DNA of 64,000 nucleotides from a virus (Duplodnaviria; Caudoviricetes): IMG/VR virus record IMGVR_UViG_3300028591_000134, positions 37,233 to 101,232 of that record; one strand, 5' to 3'. Shown piece by piece: positions 52,497 to 64,000 of this stretch (position 1 is its first letter; each line of letters starts with the position of its first letter). The notes under the pieces were generated by a model. It saw only the letters and a program-made list of their open reading frames with translations, ran no database searches and was not told where the DNA came from. The position numbers and the translations under genes were made by a program.

Positions 52497-52584
52497 TGCG
52501 AGGTAGCTCAATGGTAGAGCAAGAGACAGGCACTTATGTGTTACGAGAGCACTATGGAAGATGGTTCGATTCCATCCCTCGCAG
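52497..52584 (+). ncRNA. tRNA-like RNA with canonical acceptor, D and T arms but no canonical anticodon arm
   Basis: TGCGAGG/CCTCGCA, GCTC-AATGGTA-GAGC, GATGG-TTCGATT-CCATC; 39-nt irregular centre. Confidence 0.7.
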
Positions 52585-52646
52585 CTACGCTCATCTATTT
52601 TGGGACTTGATGAGCACTTTTGTTTAATTTAATTTTTATAATTTTT

Positions 52647-53600
52647 ATGGATGCTAGTAAAATAATGATGTTCCCTGAAATGGGGAACAATGGTAGTATT
52701 GATCCCAATCTGTTGCTTGCATTGAACAACAACGGTGGATTCGGGGGTAACAACTGGATTTGGATTCTTTTCCTGTGGCTCATTTGGGGCGCCGGAGGCT
52801 GGGGTAACAACGGCTTTGGCGGAGGTTATGGAAACGGTTTCTTATCCAACCAAATAAGTAATGATAGTGGTAGGGAACTGCTCATGAATGCTATACAGGG
52901 CAATCGTGACTCTATCAATAGTCTTGCTAACCTGCTGAACACTGAAGTTAGCACAGTGCAGAATGGTATCTTTACTCTGAACAACGCTATTACATCTGTT
53001 GGTACTCAAGTTGGTATGAGCGGCTTACAGATCCAGAATGCTATCCAGGCTGGTAACGCCTCGTTAGCTTCACAGATCTGTCAGTGTTGCTGCGAGAACC
53101 GTATGGCAATTGCTAATCAGACCAATGCTTTGCAGTCTCAGATTGCTGCTAACCATGCTGCTACTACTCTGCAGTCTGCACAAGAATAGGCAGCTGATCA
53201 GCTTGCTATGTGTCAGTAGACCAACACGTTGACTACATAGGCAGAGCGTAATACGCGTGATATCACAGACGCCATCAATGCGCAGAGTGTCATGATTAAT
53301 GACAAGTTCTGTGATCTCGAAAAGCGCGAGCTTCAAGATAAGATCAATACACTTACTGCAGATAATGCTTTACTCCGTTCTAACATTAACAATGATAGAC
53401 AGACTGCATTCATCAACGGTAAGTTCAATGATATTGAAACTCAGCTTGTCGCAATCAAATCTTCACAACCCAATACTGTTCCTGTACAGTGGCCACAGCT
53501 TACTGCTGTTAATACCACTCCGTATGTGAATGGCGGTTTCTACGGAAACAACTGGGGTGGCTTCTTTGGAAACGGATTTGGTAACAACGTCGTATTTTAA
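52647..53600 (+). CDS. Gly/Asn-rich TM plus coiled-coil protein (317 aa), 3 TAG read through
   Basis: GGNNWIWILFLWLIWG, QICQCCCEN; fragments are in frame. Confidence 0.8.
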
Positions 53601-53612
53601 TTTAGATGAGTT

Positions 53613-53948
53613 ATGGGATGCTTTAATGTAACTACAAACACCCGCGGCATTCCTTATTTAAGTACGTCTACTGTAACTGTAACCGATACTGCTGTGAGTT
53701 ATGCTCTCGGCTTTCATCGGATACCACCAGTGGGCTATTTTACAGTAAGAGTTGAGAATGCAATTCCTGATGGAACTACAACTACGCTCCCTGTAAGTAT
53801 TACCTTAAATGGTACTACACGCCCATTGACGTATTTTAATGGGGCTCCCGTGACTGTCGCAGATTTGACAGGTACTGGTGTATTACTCGTCTTTAATGAC
53901 AGATTTAATGGTATTTTACAGCTGATGAGCCCTGCTGCCGCAGCTTAA
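53613..53948 (+). CDS. Hypothetical beta-rich protein
   Basis: 111-aa ORF. Confidence 0.75.
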   Translation: MGCFNVTTNTRGIPYLSTSTVTVTDTAVSYALGFHRIPPVGYFTVRVENAIPDGTTTTLPVSITLNGTTRPLTYFNGAPVTVADLTGTGVLLVFNDRFNGILQLMSPAAAA

Positions 53949-53973
53949 TATTAATCCTTTAAGTTTATAAAAT

Positions 53974-54267
53974 ATGATTGTTATTGAAATGCGTGAGGCC
54001 GCTTATGATAAGGCCTTTGAGCTTCTTGATGAGATTAAGGAGCTCGGTAAGAAGAAGAGGAGCATCATCTGTGAATTAGAGGAAGCTATGTACGAGTGTT
54101 ATGAAGCTTCTAAAGATGATGACGAGAGTGAGGAGAGCAAGTCCGATATGGAGTTTCGTAGACGTAGCGGTATGCGTCACTATGACGAAGATGACTATAT
54201 GCATGGTTATCGTTCTAGTAGAGGCATGCGTATGCGTGGAAACCGTTCAGGACGTTATTCATATTAA
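53974..54267 (+). CDS. Hypothetical protein with RG-rich tail
   Basis: 97-aa ORF. Confidence 0.75.
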   Translation: MIVIEMREAAYDKAFELLDEIKELGKKKRSIICELEEAMYECYEASKDDDESEESKSDMEFRRRSGMRHYDEDDYMHGYRSSRGMRMRGNRSGRYSY

Positions 54268-54324
54268 TTTGATGTGCGCCAGGGGGTGTAAAGCCCCCTG
54301 CCCGTACTCTTAAATATAAAAGAT

Positions 54325-54840
54325 ATGTTTTCAGCATTGCGACAGGGCGCTGTCATTTATATATTATATAAGAGCAAAGAACCTGTTATGAAGACAGGTT
54401 ATGTAGAAAATGTAACTATTCCTAGACCCATGTATAAAACATTCAACCCGGCTGCTAGTTTTGGTACTAACATGCAAACGGTTGTAGATATTACTGCAAA
54501 GGTCGGTGATGAGAAAGTTACTTTTGAAGGAGTTCCTTCTTCTCTTACTATTCATTCCAACGGAGATACCGTACTAAGTGAAAGTAGAGAAGCTATGATA
54601 TCCGAAGTAGATTCTATGTTGTAGAATAGCAAGAATGCTTTAGACAACATGGATAAGTATAAAGCAAACATTACATCTTGTGAAAAGATCTTAAAGGAGC
54701 TTAATCCAGTATACGCTAGAGAATCTGAAAGAGATCAGGCTATAGATGAGCTTACTGAAAAGGTCAATGGAATGCAAGATGAATTCAGTTCGATTAAGTC
54801 CGTTCTGTCGAATATAGAAAACCTCTTAAATAGACGTTGA
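54325..54840 (+). CDS. Hypothetical protein (171 aa), one TAG read through
   Basis: 54325 and 54649 fragments are in frame. Confidence 0.78.
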
Positions 54841-54841
54841 T

Positions 54842-55252
54842 ATGGAAAGAACAGATTTAACTCAATACGATGAGAAACCTAAAGCAATGGTTAATTATCT
54901 ACGTTATAACGGTCCTCACTTCAATCAGTCTTTATTAGACTTCGCTGTGTCTAAGATGACAAAGCGAGGAGGGATTAAGATAGTCCCGATGAAGAAGGAA
55001 GAAGTAGATATGAAACTCAAAGCTACTAATACTCAGCTTATAAACAATTAGCTTTACGATTATGTATTTGTAGCTAATATGTGTAGAGCTGATTATTTAG
55101 GTTCCTCAGTACCAAATGATGATGTTCACCTATGTTTATACATTAAAGATGTAATAGACGATCCTGATGGCTATGATGGTTTACCGTTTAATAGGTGGTA
55201 TGCAGACATGTGTCGTAAAGGCATTGTCATAAACTGGGAGGAGATGAACTAA
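54842..55252 (+). CDS. Hypothetical protein (136 aa), one TAG read through
   Basis: Continues LYDYVFVANMCRADY...DDPDGYDG to TAA 55250-55252. Confidence 0.78.
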
Positions 55253-55662
55253 TGTTTGCTCAATATATAAAATTAGGTAATCGTAAATGGAATGTCCTAA
55301 TATACTATAATGTGGATAGAGACGACTTTGTAGAGATTGAAGATTCTCTACTATAGTTAGATTGTCCTGAGAAAGATATTGCTAGAGCGTTTAAGGTGTT
55401 ACGAAATAAGAACACTGGATTTACTTTTAGTAATACTGATTATCAGATGAGCATTGTATGTATATCGAAAGCTACTTCTGCAAGCCAATTTGTTAGTACA
55501 GCTATACATGAAGCTAAGCATGTTTAGTCTCACGTCTGTGCATACTATGATATAGATGAAGACAGTGAGGATGCAGCATACTTAATAGGCTATTTAGTAT
55601 AGCATATGTATAAGATGGTAGCTAGGGTATTAAAAGATTATGTTCGATATATAGGGCAATAA
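55252..55662 (+). CDS. Zincin-like protein (HEAKH), 3 in-frame TAG, absent from the ORF track
   Basis: Translated by hand; AIHEAKHV...SEDAAYLIGYL. Confidence 0.75.
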
Positions 55663-56152
55663 GATTCGCATGAGTGTAGAAGACATGGCAATACCTCCAT
55701 TTAAGGAGCATTATAATAATGCCAAAGATAAGTCTAAAGCACTCAAGGAGATGGAATACGTGATTTGGCTACATAAGTGGAATACTCCTTATGAAGCATA
55801 TCCTGCTGATAAGAGACCGCAGATTGTAGCCAAGGACGTTTTCAAGGATGAGAATTACGTACCTTCTGAAGAAGTAAAAGAGCTTGCTAGAAGATTTAAT
55901 GAGTTCCAAGAAACACCAGGGACCAGATTACTTACCGCTTCTTAGACAGCCGCAGAAGGACTTATAGCAGCATTACAAGACTACTCTAGTGTAGCTATGG
56001 ATATAGATACTGCTATAAAGGTTACGAGAATATTAAAGGATGTAGGTAATATAGTAAAATCTCTAGACATAGCAATGAAGTAGGCTAAAGCTGAGCAAAT
56101 AGAAGCAGGTCGAGTTAAAGGAGGCGGTACTATAGGTTTATACGAAATGTAA
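55640..56152 (+). CDS. Conserved phage protein, possibly terminase small subunit; 3 TAG read through
   Basis: MFDI(Q)GNK...RVKGGGTIGLYEM; function inferred from size and position. Confidence 0.55.
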
Positions 56153-56153
56153 T

Positions 56154-56744
56154 ATGGCAAATATAGAGAAATACCTTCCTATACTATTTAGATGGGAAGC
56201 AGGAATAAATATGAAAGCTGGAGAGACTATAGAACAGGCTTTCATGAGAGCAAAGAAAACAGGTTGGGCAAATGACCCACTTGATAAAGGCGGCGCAACG
56301 ATGATAGGCGTCACAATTGGAACATACCGTACATATTGCAAATACAAAGGCCGTAAGACTCCTAGCAGTACTGATCTTAAGAACATCACTTATAAGGAGT
56401 GGAGAGATATAGTACATACAATGTATTGGTCTAAATGGAAAGCTGATTTAATAGAGAATCAGCATGTAGCTAATATGATTGTAGACTGGGTGTGGGCGTC
56501 AGGACAAGGTATAGGTATTAAGCGAGTACAAAAGTTACTCGGAGTTACCGCAGATGGTATAGTAGGACCTAAGACGCTTGCTGCTGTAAATAACGCAGAT
56601 CCTAAAGAACTGTTTACTAAAGTATATAATGCTAGAGCTGCACACTTCAACGCTATAGTTAAAGCCAACCCGTCACAAAAGAAATGGTTGAAAGGTTGGA
56701 TGAATAGAATTAATTATATATACAATTTATATGAAGAAGACTAA
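56154..56744 (+). CDS. Endolysin, glycoside hydrolase family 108 with peptidoglycan-binding domain
   Basis: WEAG...NDPLDKGGATMIGVT, DGIVGPKTL, WLKGWMNR. Confidence 0.9.
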   Translation: MANIEKYLPILFRWEAGINMKAGETIEQAFMRAKKTGWANDPLDKGGATMIGVTIGTYRTYCKYKGRKTPSSTDLKNITYKEWRDIVHTMYWSKWKADLIENQHVANMIVDWVWASGQGIGIKRVQKLLGVTADGIVGPKTLAAVNNADPKELFTKVYNARAAHFNAIVKANPSQKKWLKGWMNRINYIYNLYEED

Positions 56745-59700
56745 AACAAACATTTCTGTAGTGAACAATGCTGGTATAAGGCGTGATATCAGTGTACATG
56801 TTGGCGATACTGGACCATATCCTTCAGGAGACATTCTTGATGCTAATGCTGTAAATGAACTAGTTAACTCTAATAACGCTGGCACAAATGTTTCAGAAAT
56901 TCTTAATCAGCTAGATGATGTTTTAAATAGCAAACAGGATAACATTCTGGATCTTGATACAATTAGATCTGGAGCTGCTGCAGGAGCTACTGCACAATAG
57001 CCCGCTACAACTCTTAGTGGTTATGGAATTACAGACGGGTACACTAAAACTGAAGGGCAAGCTTTAGAAAGTTCTATTGATGAGAGGCTCGATGCTCAAG
57101 ATACAACTATAGCCCTACTAAATGGGAGTGAGGTAATAGTTGTTGCTGACCATACCGTGGTTGCTACTCCCGATAGTCAGAAGATATACCGTGAACAAGG
57201 TTCCACAAGCTATACTGACTGGATGTACCAGAATAGTGAGTGGAAGAAGATTGCAGAATATGACTTTCCTGGAGTGGATGAGGAGCCTACTGCTGGAAGT
57301 GTAAAGCCTGTCCAGTCAGGTGGGGTGCTTGATAGTATCATCAAAGATGGCTCTGCCTTTGACTTGTCGGTATATACTGGTGATAGTTACGCTAGTCTTT
57401 CTGCTGCATTGACTGCTATGGCTGCTCTTTCTACTGCTTATAAGAAGGGTGGCATGAGTATTAAATACATACAGAGTTCTGACAATAAGTACGTTCAATA
57501 CATATATACAGGAACTGCGCTTACTGGTACACCTAACCCATTCCTACAACCAGGAAACTGGCAATTGGTTGAAAACCCCAATGTACAAAAGTTGGCTACC
57601 ACTCAATTTGAAGAAGAATGGGATGTTACAGTAGGAAACGGTGGACATACTTTTTATCTGAATCTTCCTGCTGGTGTATATGAGATGACTGTTGAGAATG
57701 TAGATGCTAATAATCAGGGGACATTTAGTTTCTATTTCACTCCATCAGATGCCCCCGTTATAAGCCCACAAGGAAGAATAGACGTAAAACGAGGTTTTAA
57801 ACTGAATAAGGCTATTACTAGAATAACTATTGGCGATATTAATGCTTCTATTACACAGGCGGGCAAGATGAAGTTGGTTATTCGTAATGCTGAGAGCCTT
57901 TCAAGTGAAATCTCTGATTTACAACGCAGGGATGAGAGTGAGGTTGAAGGTATCTTTATTAATGGTAATATTGATAGTGGCAGTATCAGCAGTTACAAAA
58001 TGAATGAGCGCATCGTGAGCTTGAATTACTTTAAGTACAGTAGGAATGTGAAGATAACAGCAGATAGCGGGTATTCATTCTATTGTATAACAGTAGGCGA
58101 AGCTGGTTCAGGTGGTTGGGTAACACAATATCAGGTAGCAGCTAACACAGAGTTCCGCCTGATAATAACAGCTGGCAACGAAACAACATCATTAGATGCC
58201 CTAAAATCCCATATTAAAATATCAACTGTTGGGGATAATGCTTTATCATTGGTTGGCTATTATGAATGTAGCACAGCAGCGGGAACAGCAGCAAAGGAAA
58301 TCAGTGCGCCACAATATACTCTGATAGTAGGTGGTTCGATGAAAGTCAAAATGACTAATTCCAATACTGCTGCAAATGCTACGTTAAATATTGGTGGAAC
58401 TGGCGCAAAGCCTTTGTATTATAAAGGCTCAAGAGCATCTGCTTCTAATTCATGGATAGCTGGTGAGGTAATGGAAGTATTCTATGATGGTACAAACTAT
58501 TATGCAAACAATGTACAGGGAGCAGGAGATGATGTATATGACATTTCTTCAAATCATATAGTCAATGATAGTCCAACGCAATACAGTAACTTGGCTTCAG
58601 CTCTTGGTACAAACGGTGCAAATGTTCCTGCTGACAAAAGAAGTGGAGGAATGAGTGTTAAATTTATTCGCCAAATTCTTGCTGTATATAGAGTTGTTAA
58701 GACTACAGGTCTGGAAAGCGCACCTTCAGGAGCTACCGAACTTGACAGTGCGCCAAGTGTTGTCAGTGGCACATACAATGCAAGTCAGCTAAGTGCCTTC
58801 ACAACATTGCCTGCTAATGTTTGGGCTTCTGTGGTATACTACGTTGAAGTAAGTGGAGATACTACTACTTATACTTCATGGACTATTACCAAGTTAAGCG
58901 TGGATTCCTCACAGTATGTGCAATATAGATACTTGCAAAATTCTACTGCTAATGCCACATTTGCTACTGTTGCAAACTGGAAGAGCGTAAATGATGAAGC
59001 TATATCTGCTATCTCTGAGAATAACCTTCAGATTAGAAGAAAGATTAACGTGACTGCTGGTTCTGGTATTCCTACATCTGCTTTGAATGACATTGTTCTT
59101 GAACCAGGTGTCTATGAGTTTATCCTTCGCAACGTTACTACAGACAATCATGGTAGGTATCAGCTTTATGGCGCAGCTACTTTAGGAGGAAACATAGATG
59201 CCAAATTAGCTATCAGGGTAACTGAAAGTGGGGCTAAGAATTTTTGGGTTGGCGATATTGGTGCTGCCATAACTACTACAGGTGTTATGGAGGCTGTCAT
59301 CACCAAGAAAGTTGATAGTCCTTTGTTTAAGACGGAAGAGGCTATCAATGCCGTTGTCAATAAACCAGGTGGTATATTATTTGGCGACTTCTTCTATGGT
59401 ACAACATCGAGTACATATATGAATTATAGGAGAATTTCTAACCAAACAAGAATCTACTTTGAGAAGGAAGCTCTCCTAACTACTAAGAGCAATGCTTATC
59501 GGTTCTTTCTCATTGGCTATTCGGAAAAAGAAGGCGGTTCAGTAACTGTTCCATATACTGACTGGACTCAGAAATACACCGTTCCTGCGGGCACTTATGT
59601 TATTATATGTATTGAGAAGAGTACATATTCTACAAGTAGTATTGCACTACCTGTGGATGAATTGACCAATGCCATTATCATTAAAGACCCCAATGAAGAG

Positions 59701-61167
59701 ATCATACAGGAATTATCTACTAAAGTGTCTGCCTTAGAGGAAAAAGCACCCGATGAGTTATATATAACACCTGTTAAAGGAGGAATAGGACCAGATGGTT
59801 CTTATAATTCAATGACTCAGCGAATCAGGGGTAATGCTATTACTTATGCTGATAAAGATTATTTTGTTTTTACAGACCCTATATATTGGGTTAGTGTGGT
59901 ATTCTATCAGCAAGATGGTACTTTCATCAACTTTGCGAGTGGTAATAACAATATAGAAATACCTAAAGGAAGTTACTTTAACCTCTTCATAGGCAGACAA
60001 GATTATGTTACTATAGATATAAGTGAGTGGAAGCATTTGCATATCATTCCTAAAGTAAGTAAGGGATTATTCAACTATGACAGCTATGATGTAATTGAGC
60101 GTAACAAAGAAGCCTTCAATAACATACTTGCTGCGCAAAAGCATTCAAGGCAGTCATCTGAAGATAACAGTGGTAACTCTGACAAGAAGTTTACGATAGC
60201 CCATATCAGTGATATTCACGATGATGTTGTTAGGATGAGAAACTTCAATACTTTTGTTAGTTATCTTGATTCTTTAGTTACGACATGTGTGTTAACTGGT
60301 GACTTTGTGACACTTCCTATTGAGGCTCACTATAATTACATTATGCCGACAGTAGATGCCAATACCAAACTCTTAAAGGTAGTAGGAAATCATGAAAAGA
60401 CTCAGAATGACTTGAAGAGTGGAAGTCCTACTTATGGTCAAACATTCTACAACACAAGGGCAGAGATGTATGAGAATCTGAATATGGATACTCCTACTGG
60501 CAAACTATATTACTATCAAGATTTCATGAATAAGTTCCGTGTAATAGTTCTGAATCAGTATGACACAGATGCTGAAATTTGGCCAAGCATAGAATATACA
60601 CAGGAACAAATTGACTGGTTTATTAGCACTCTTAAAGATGCTGCAACCAACAATCTTCATGTTATAGTAGCCTGTCATCAGCCAGAATTGACTCCAAGAC
60701 CAAATAACAAGGGATTCTATCAGAGGTATAGTGCATCTGTCTGGCATGAGTATGACGGCACTACAGAAACTATAGTGGAAGACATTATCAATGCCTTTAA
60801 ACATGCAGGTACTGTAAGTGGTACTTATAGAAACAATATTTCTATCAACGAAACATTCAGCGATGCAGGTATATTTGTAGCATATATGTGTGGTCATTAT
60901 CATGCGGACTTGATTGGATATTCTTCTAAATACGAAGACCAGCTTTATCTATTGCTAAGTCATTCTGGTTTTACTGATAATGCCACCACTATATGTCGAG
61001 TCATAGATACAGGGTCAGATGTGCTAAGGATTCCATCTTGCAAATTCGAAGACTTGTTTAATGTTTATGTCTTTGATGATGTAAACAGGCTTATTAGAGT
61101 CATAAGAGTTGGTTCTGATACTGTTGATGACATGACTGACAGAAAGAAGGCTTGCTTCAGTTATTAA
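56731..61167 (+). CDS. 1478-aa fibre-like protein with C-terminal calcineurin-like metallophosphoesterase; one TAG read through
   Basis: In frame across TAG 56998-57000; HISDIH, LTGD, GNHE, CH, GHYH; duplicated GGMS(I/V)K..YVQY module. Confidence 0.82.
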
Positions 61168-61192
61168 CTGAGTTATTGTAATAGGTATGTAC

Positions 61193-61222
61193 AAAAGGCA
61201 GTCACTTCGGTGACTGTCTTTT
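61193..61222 (+). terminator. Intrinsic terminator
   Basis: AAAAGGCAGTCAC-TTCG-GTGACTGTCTTTT. Confidence 0.88.
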
Positions 61223-61259
61223 ACCAAAATAAAATAACAAAGAATTTGAGATAAAAATT

Positions 61260-61589
61260 ATGGAAGATTGGAAAGAAAGGCTCATCGTTGAGCAGAAAGA
61301 ATTAAAAGAAAAGCTTATCAAGCTAATGGAATTTATCAACTCTGAAAAGTTCTACGAGCTTAGTGACAACAATAGACTGTTATTGAAGAATCAGAAAATA
61401 GCTATGGAACTATATCTGAATGTCCTAAACATGAGAGTGTTTGAGGATGTTGATAAGATACTAGTTCCTGACTATGGAGTGATGCAGGTGATGGGGAGCG
61501 TGTTTGGAAATACTTGGAATAAGCCTGACAGTGTGAAGTCATTGGAGAAGATTATGGAGATGGATGGGAAGAATGATGAGTTGTCATAA
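61260..61589 (+). CDS. crAss001_48-like small helical protein
   Basis: WKERL..E.KELKEKL.KL..FI...LL..Q...M..YL.VL..R pattern. Confidence 0.65.
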   Translation: MEDWKERLIVEQKELKEKLIKLMEFINSEKFYELSDNNRLLLKNQKIAMELYLNVLNMRVFEDVDKILVPDYGVMQVMGSVFGNTWNKPDSVKSLEKIMEMDGKNDELS

Positions 61590-61622
61590 CATGACAACAT
61601 ACTGAACTGAAAATTAGAAATT

Positions 61623-61874
61623 ATGGAAGAGAATAAAGACGGCTTGATGGAGTTTTTCAACCTTTTTACGTTCGGTCTTGTAGACACAGAGAAATGTAGA
61701 AATGCTTTGTTGAAGGCTTTGAAAGATAAGGACTATGAAGGATTGTCTGAGGCTATGGGTGTTACGATAGATAGTTCTCGGAAGGCCGTTGATGCTATTA
61801 ATGAGATTCTTACTAGACTGGCTGAGGAACATGGTGTCAGTGTCGAGGAAATGATTGATAGTCTGTTATTCTAA
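61623..61874 (+). CDS. Hypothetical protein
   Basis: 83-aa ORF. Confidence 0.65.
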   Translation: MEENKDGLMEFFNLFTFGLVDTEKCRNALLKALKDKDYEGLSEAMGVTIDSSRKAVDAINEILTRLAEEHGVSVEEMIDSLLF

Positions 61875-61882
61875 TGTTATTT

Positions 61883-63946
61883 ATGGTAGACTTTAATAAA
61901 AAGATACATAATAGTTCGAAATTTTGTGAAGCGGCCAAGTTCTTCACAGAACACGGCTGTTATACTTTAGCTCCCAGAGGGACTACTGATTATATACAAT
62001 ACTGGGAGCGTGAGACAGACAGATGTCTGAACGGGTATGTTGCTCCAGATGGAGACTTTATTACAGGTTATCATTATTTTTATTTGAATTACAGTCCCAT
62101 TATTCGACGTGTTGATACTAGATACACGGACAAATTAGGAAATGTAAGAATAAGACGAGAAAGAATTTTCGATTTTCCTGAGATGTGGGATGGCGATTAT
62201 TACTTTTTTATGGCTGTCGATGAGGCAGAACAGCAAGGTAAACATCTCGCTGTTCTAAAAGCTCGTAAAAAAGGTTTTAGTTTTAAAGCGTCATCGATGC
62301 TTGTACGTAATTATGCGTTGATCGAAAAGTCAAAAAACTTTGCTATAGCTTCCGAACAAAAGTTTTTAACTGGTGACGGACTGCTTACTAAAGCTTGGGA
62401 AATTATGGACTTTATTGATAAGAATACCGAGTGGTCGAAACGACGTCTTACATCTACTAGAATGGAAAGGGTTTCTGGATTCAAAGTAAAAGATGAGTTT
62501 GGCAAGGAAACTGAACAAGGATATATGTCTACTATTCAAGGTATGACGTTAAAGAATGACGTAGAACGTATTCGCGGTACCCGTGGAAAACTTATGATTT
62601 TCGAAGAAGGTGGTAAGTTTCCAAATTTAGAGACAGCTTGGCGTGTAGCCCAACCGTCTATGGAAGATGATGACGGAAAAGCGTTTGGTTTGATGCTCGT
62701 GATGGGTACCGGTGGAACTGAAGGTGGATAGTTTGATGGACTAAAGCAAATATTTTACAATCCTGCCGCGTTTAACGTTTTAAGTTTCCCCAATATCTGG
62801 GATGAAGGGGCAGACAATACATAGTGTAGTTACTTTTCACCAATGTATCTTAATATGGAGGGGTACGATGATGAAGGCAATTACAAGTTTATGGATAAGG
62901 ACGGAAATAGTTATAAAGAGTTGGCTATAGAAAGTCTTATTGCACAACGTAATGAAGTGCGCAATGGTGGTGCAACGCAACAATCCATAGACAGGTTTAT
63001 ATCTGAGCGTCCTATAAAGCCTGCAGAAGCTGTTTTAACGCTCGGTAAGAACATATTTCCACGTAAACTTCTAATGGATCAACTAAGTAGAATTAGGACG
63101 TCATAGAAGCTTAAAAACATGAAACATGTAGTAGATTTAAGCTGGGATGGAAACGGACGTGTAGTAGCCACAGAAAAGAAAACTGGAGATATAACGCAGT
63201 ATCCTTTAAAGAGGGACGATAAACCCAAAGGTAGTATAGTGATATGGGAGTATCCTATAACAGATCCTCCGTTTGGATTATACATTGGAGGGTGTGATCC
63301 CTACGATCACGATGAGAGTTTTACTAACTCGTTGGGATCTACATTCATATTTAAACGTGTAAGAGCTGGAGAAGCCTGGAATGATGTTATAGTGGCAGAA
63401 TATTCAGGTAGACCGGATACTGCTGAAGAATATTATGAGAATGTACGCAAACTTTTAATCTTTTATAACGCGAGATTGTTATTTGAGAATGAACGTAAAG
63501 GTATATACCCATACTTTACAAACAAACACTGCGATTACTTATTAGCTGATCAACCTGATAAGATAATCACAGAAGTTTTCAAGGACAGTAAAGTGTAGCG
63601 TCGTAAAGGATGTCATATGACAAAACAGATTAGAGCGTATGGTGAGGGTTTAATTCTAGAATGGCTTATGGAGGAATATGAACCCGGACACCCTAATCTA
63701 GAGAGAATATACAGCGAACCTTTAATTGAAGAGCTTATAGAGAACGACGGTATAAAGAACGTAGACCGTCTGATAGCTTTGTGTATGGTTATGATATATA
63801 GAGAAGAACTGTACTAGATTAAAGTCTCAGCTGCAAAAGAAAAAAATAAACAGATTGAATTATTCGATATGCCTTTGTTCAGCCAATAGTGGTTTGATAA
63901 GGACGAAGATTCAATACAAGATGATACACCTTTATTCAGTTTTTAA
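61883..63946 (+). CDS. terL: Terminase large subunit, 6 TAG read through
   Basis: LKARKKGFS (Walker A), IFEEGG (Walker B), GTGG, GGCDPY, FENE, NVDR; one frame to TAA 63944-63946. Confidence 0.92.
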
Positions 63947-63949
63947 TTT

Positions 63950-64000
63950 ATGAGTGATTTAAGAATAACAAAAGGTAACACATTTCGCACCATATTGGAA
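63950..64000 (+). CDS. Start of next gene (3'-partial)
   Basis: ATG AGT GAT TTA AGA... open to the window end. Confidence 0.5.
   Translation, partial: MSDLRITKGNTFRTILE

Overview
This window is a large part of a crAss-like (Crassvirales) phage genome with a probable Bacteroidota host. It uses two genetic codes. Late/virion genes (1-11933 +, 39750-42736 -, 47038-64000 +) read TAG as a sense codon, most likely Gln, so the ORF track shows them in fragments. Joined, they give a virion RNA polymerase subunit (GSDFDVDK motif), a 2107-aa ART/zincin polyvalent protein, tail-fibre-like proteins and the terminase. The early/replication block (11980-39486, - strand: PolB, DnaB-like helicase, primase, SSB, Sak4-like ATPase, nucleases, ECF sigma factor) uses TAG as a real stop. 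The main interest is in the RNA layer. (i) The amber-suppressor tRNA(CUA) is split inside its anticodon by a group I intron. (ii) There is a circularly permuted two-piece tmRNA with a T-loop group I intron carrying an antisense HNH gene. (iii) tRNA-Leu(UAA) also has a group I intron. (iv) At least six tRNA look-alikes have no usable anticodon. (v) A ~1.95-kb hairpin-rich non-coding region sits in an operon with a clear -1 frameshift signal, membrane proteins and a TAG-TAG conditional fusion. (vi) A TGCAAC-N18-CGTTA ECF-type promoter occurs at the divergent late switch and in front of two intron endonucleases. All calls were made by eye; no database search or RNA folding was run.
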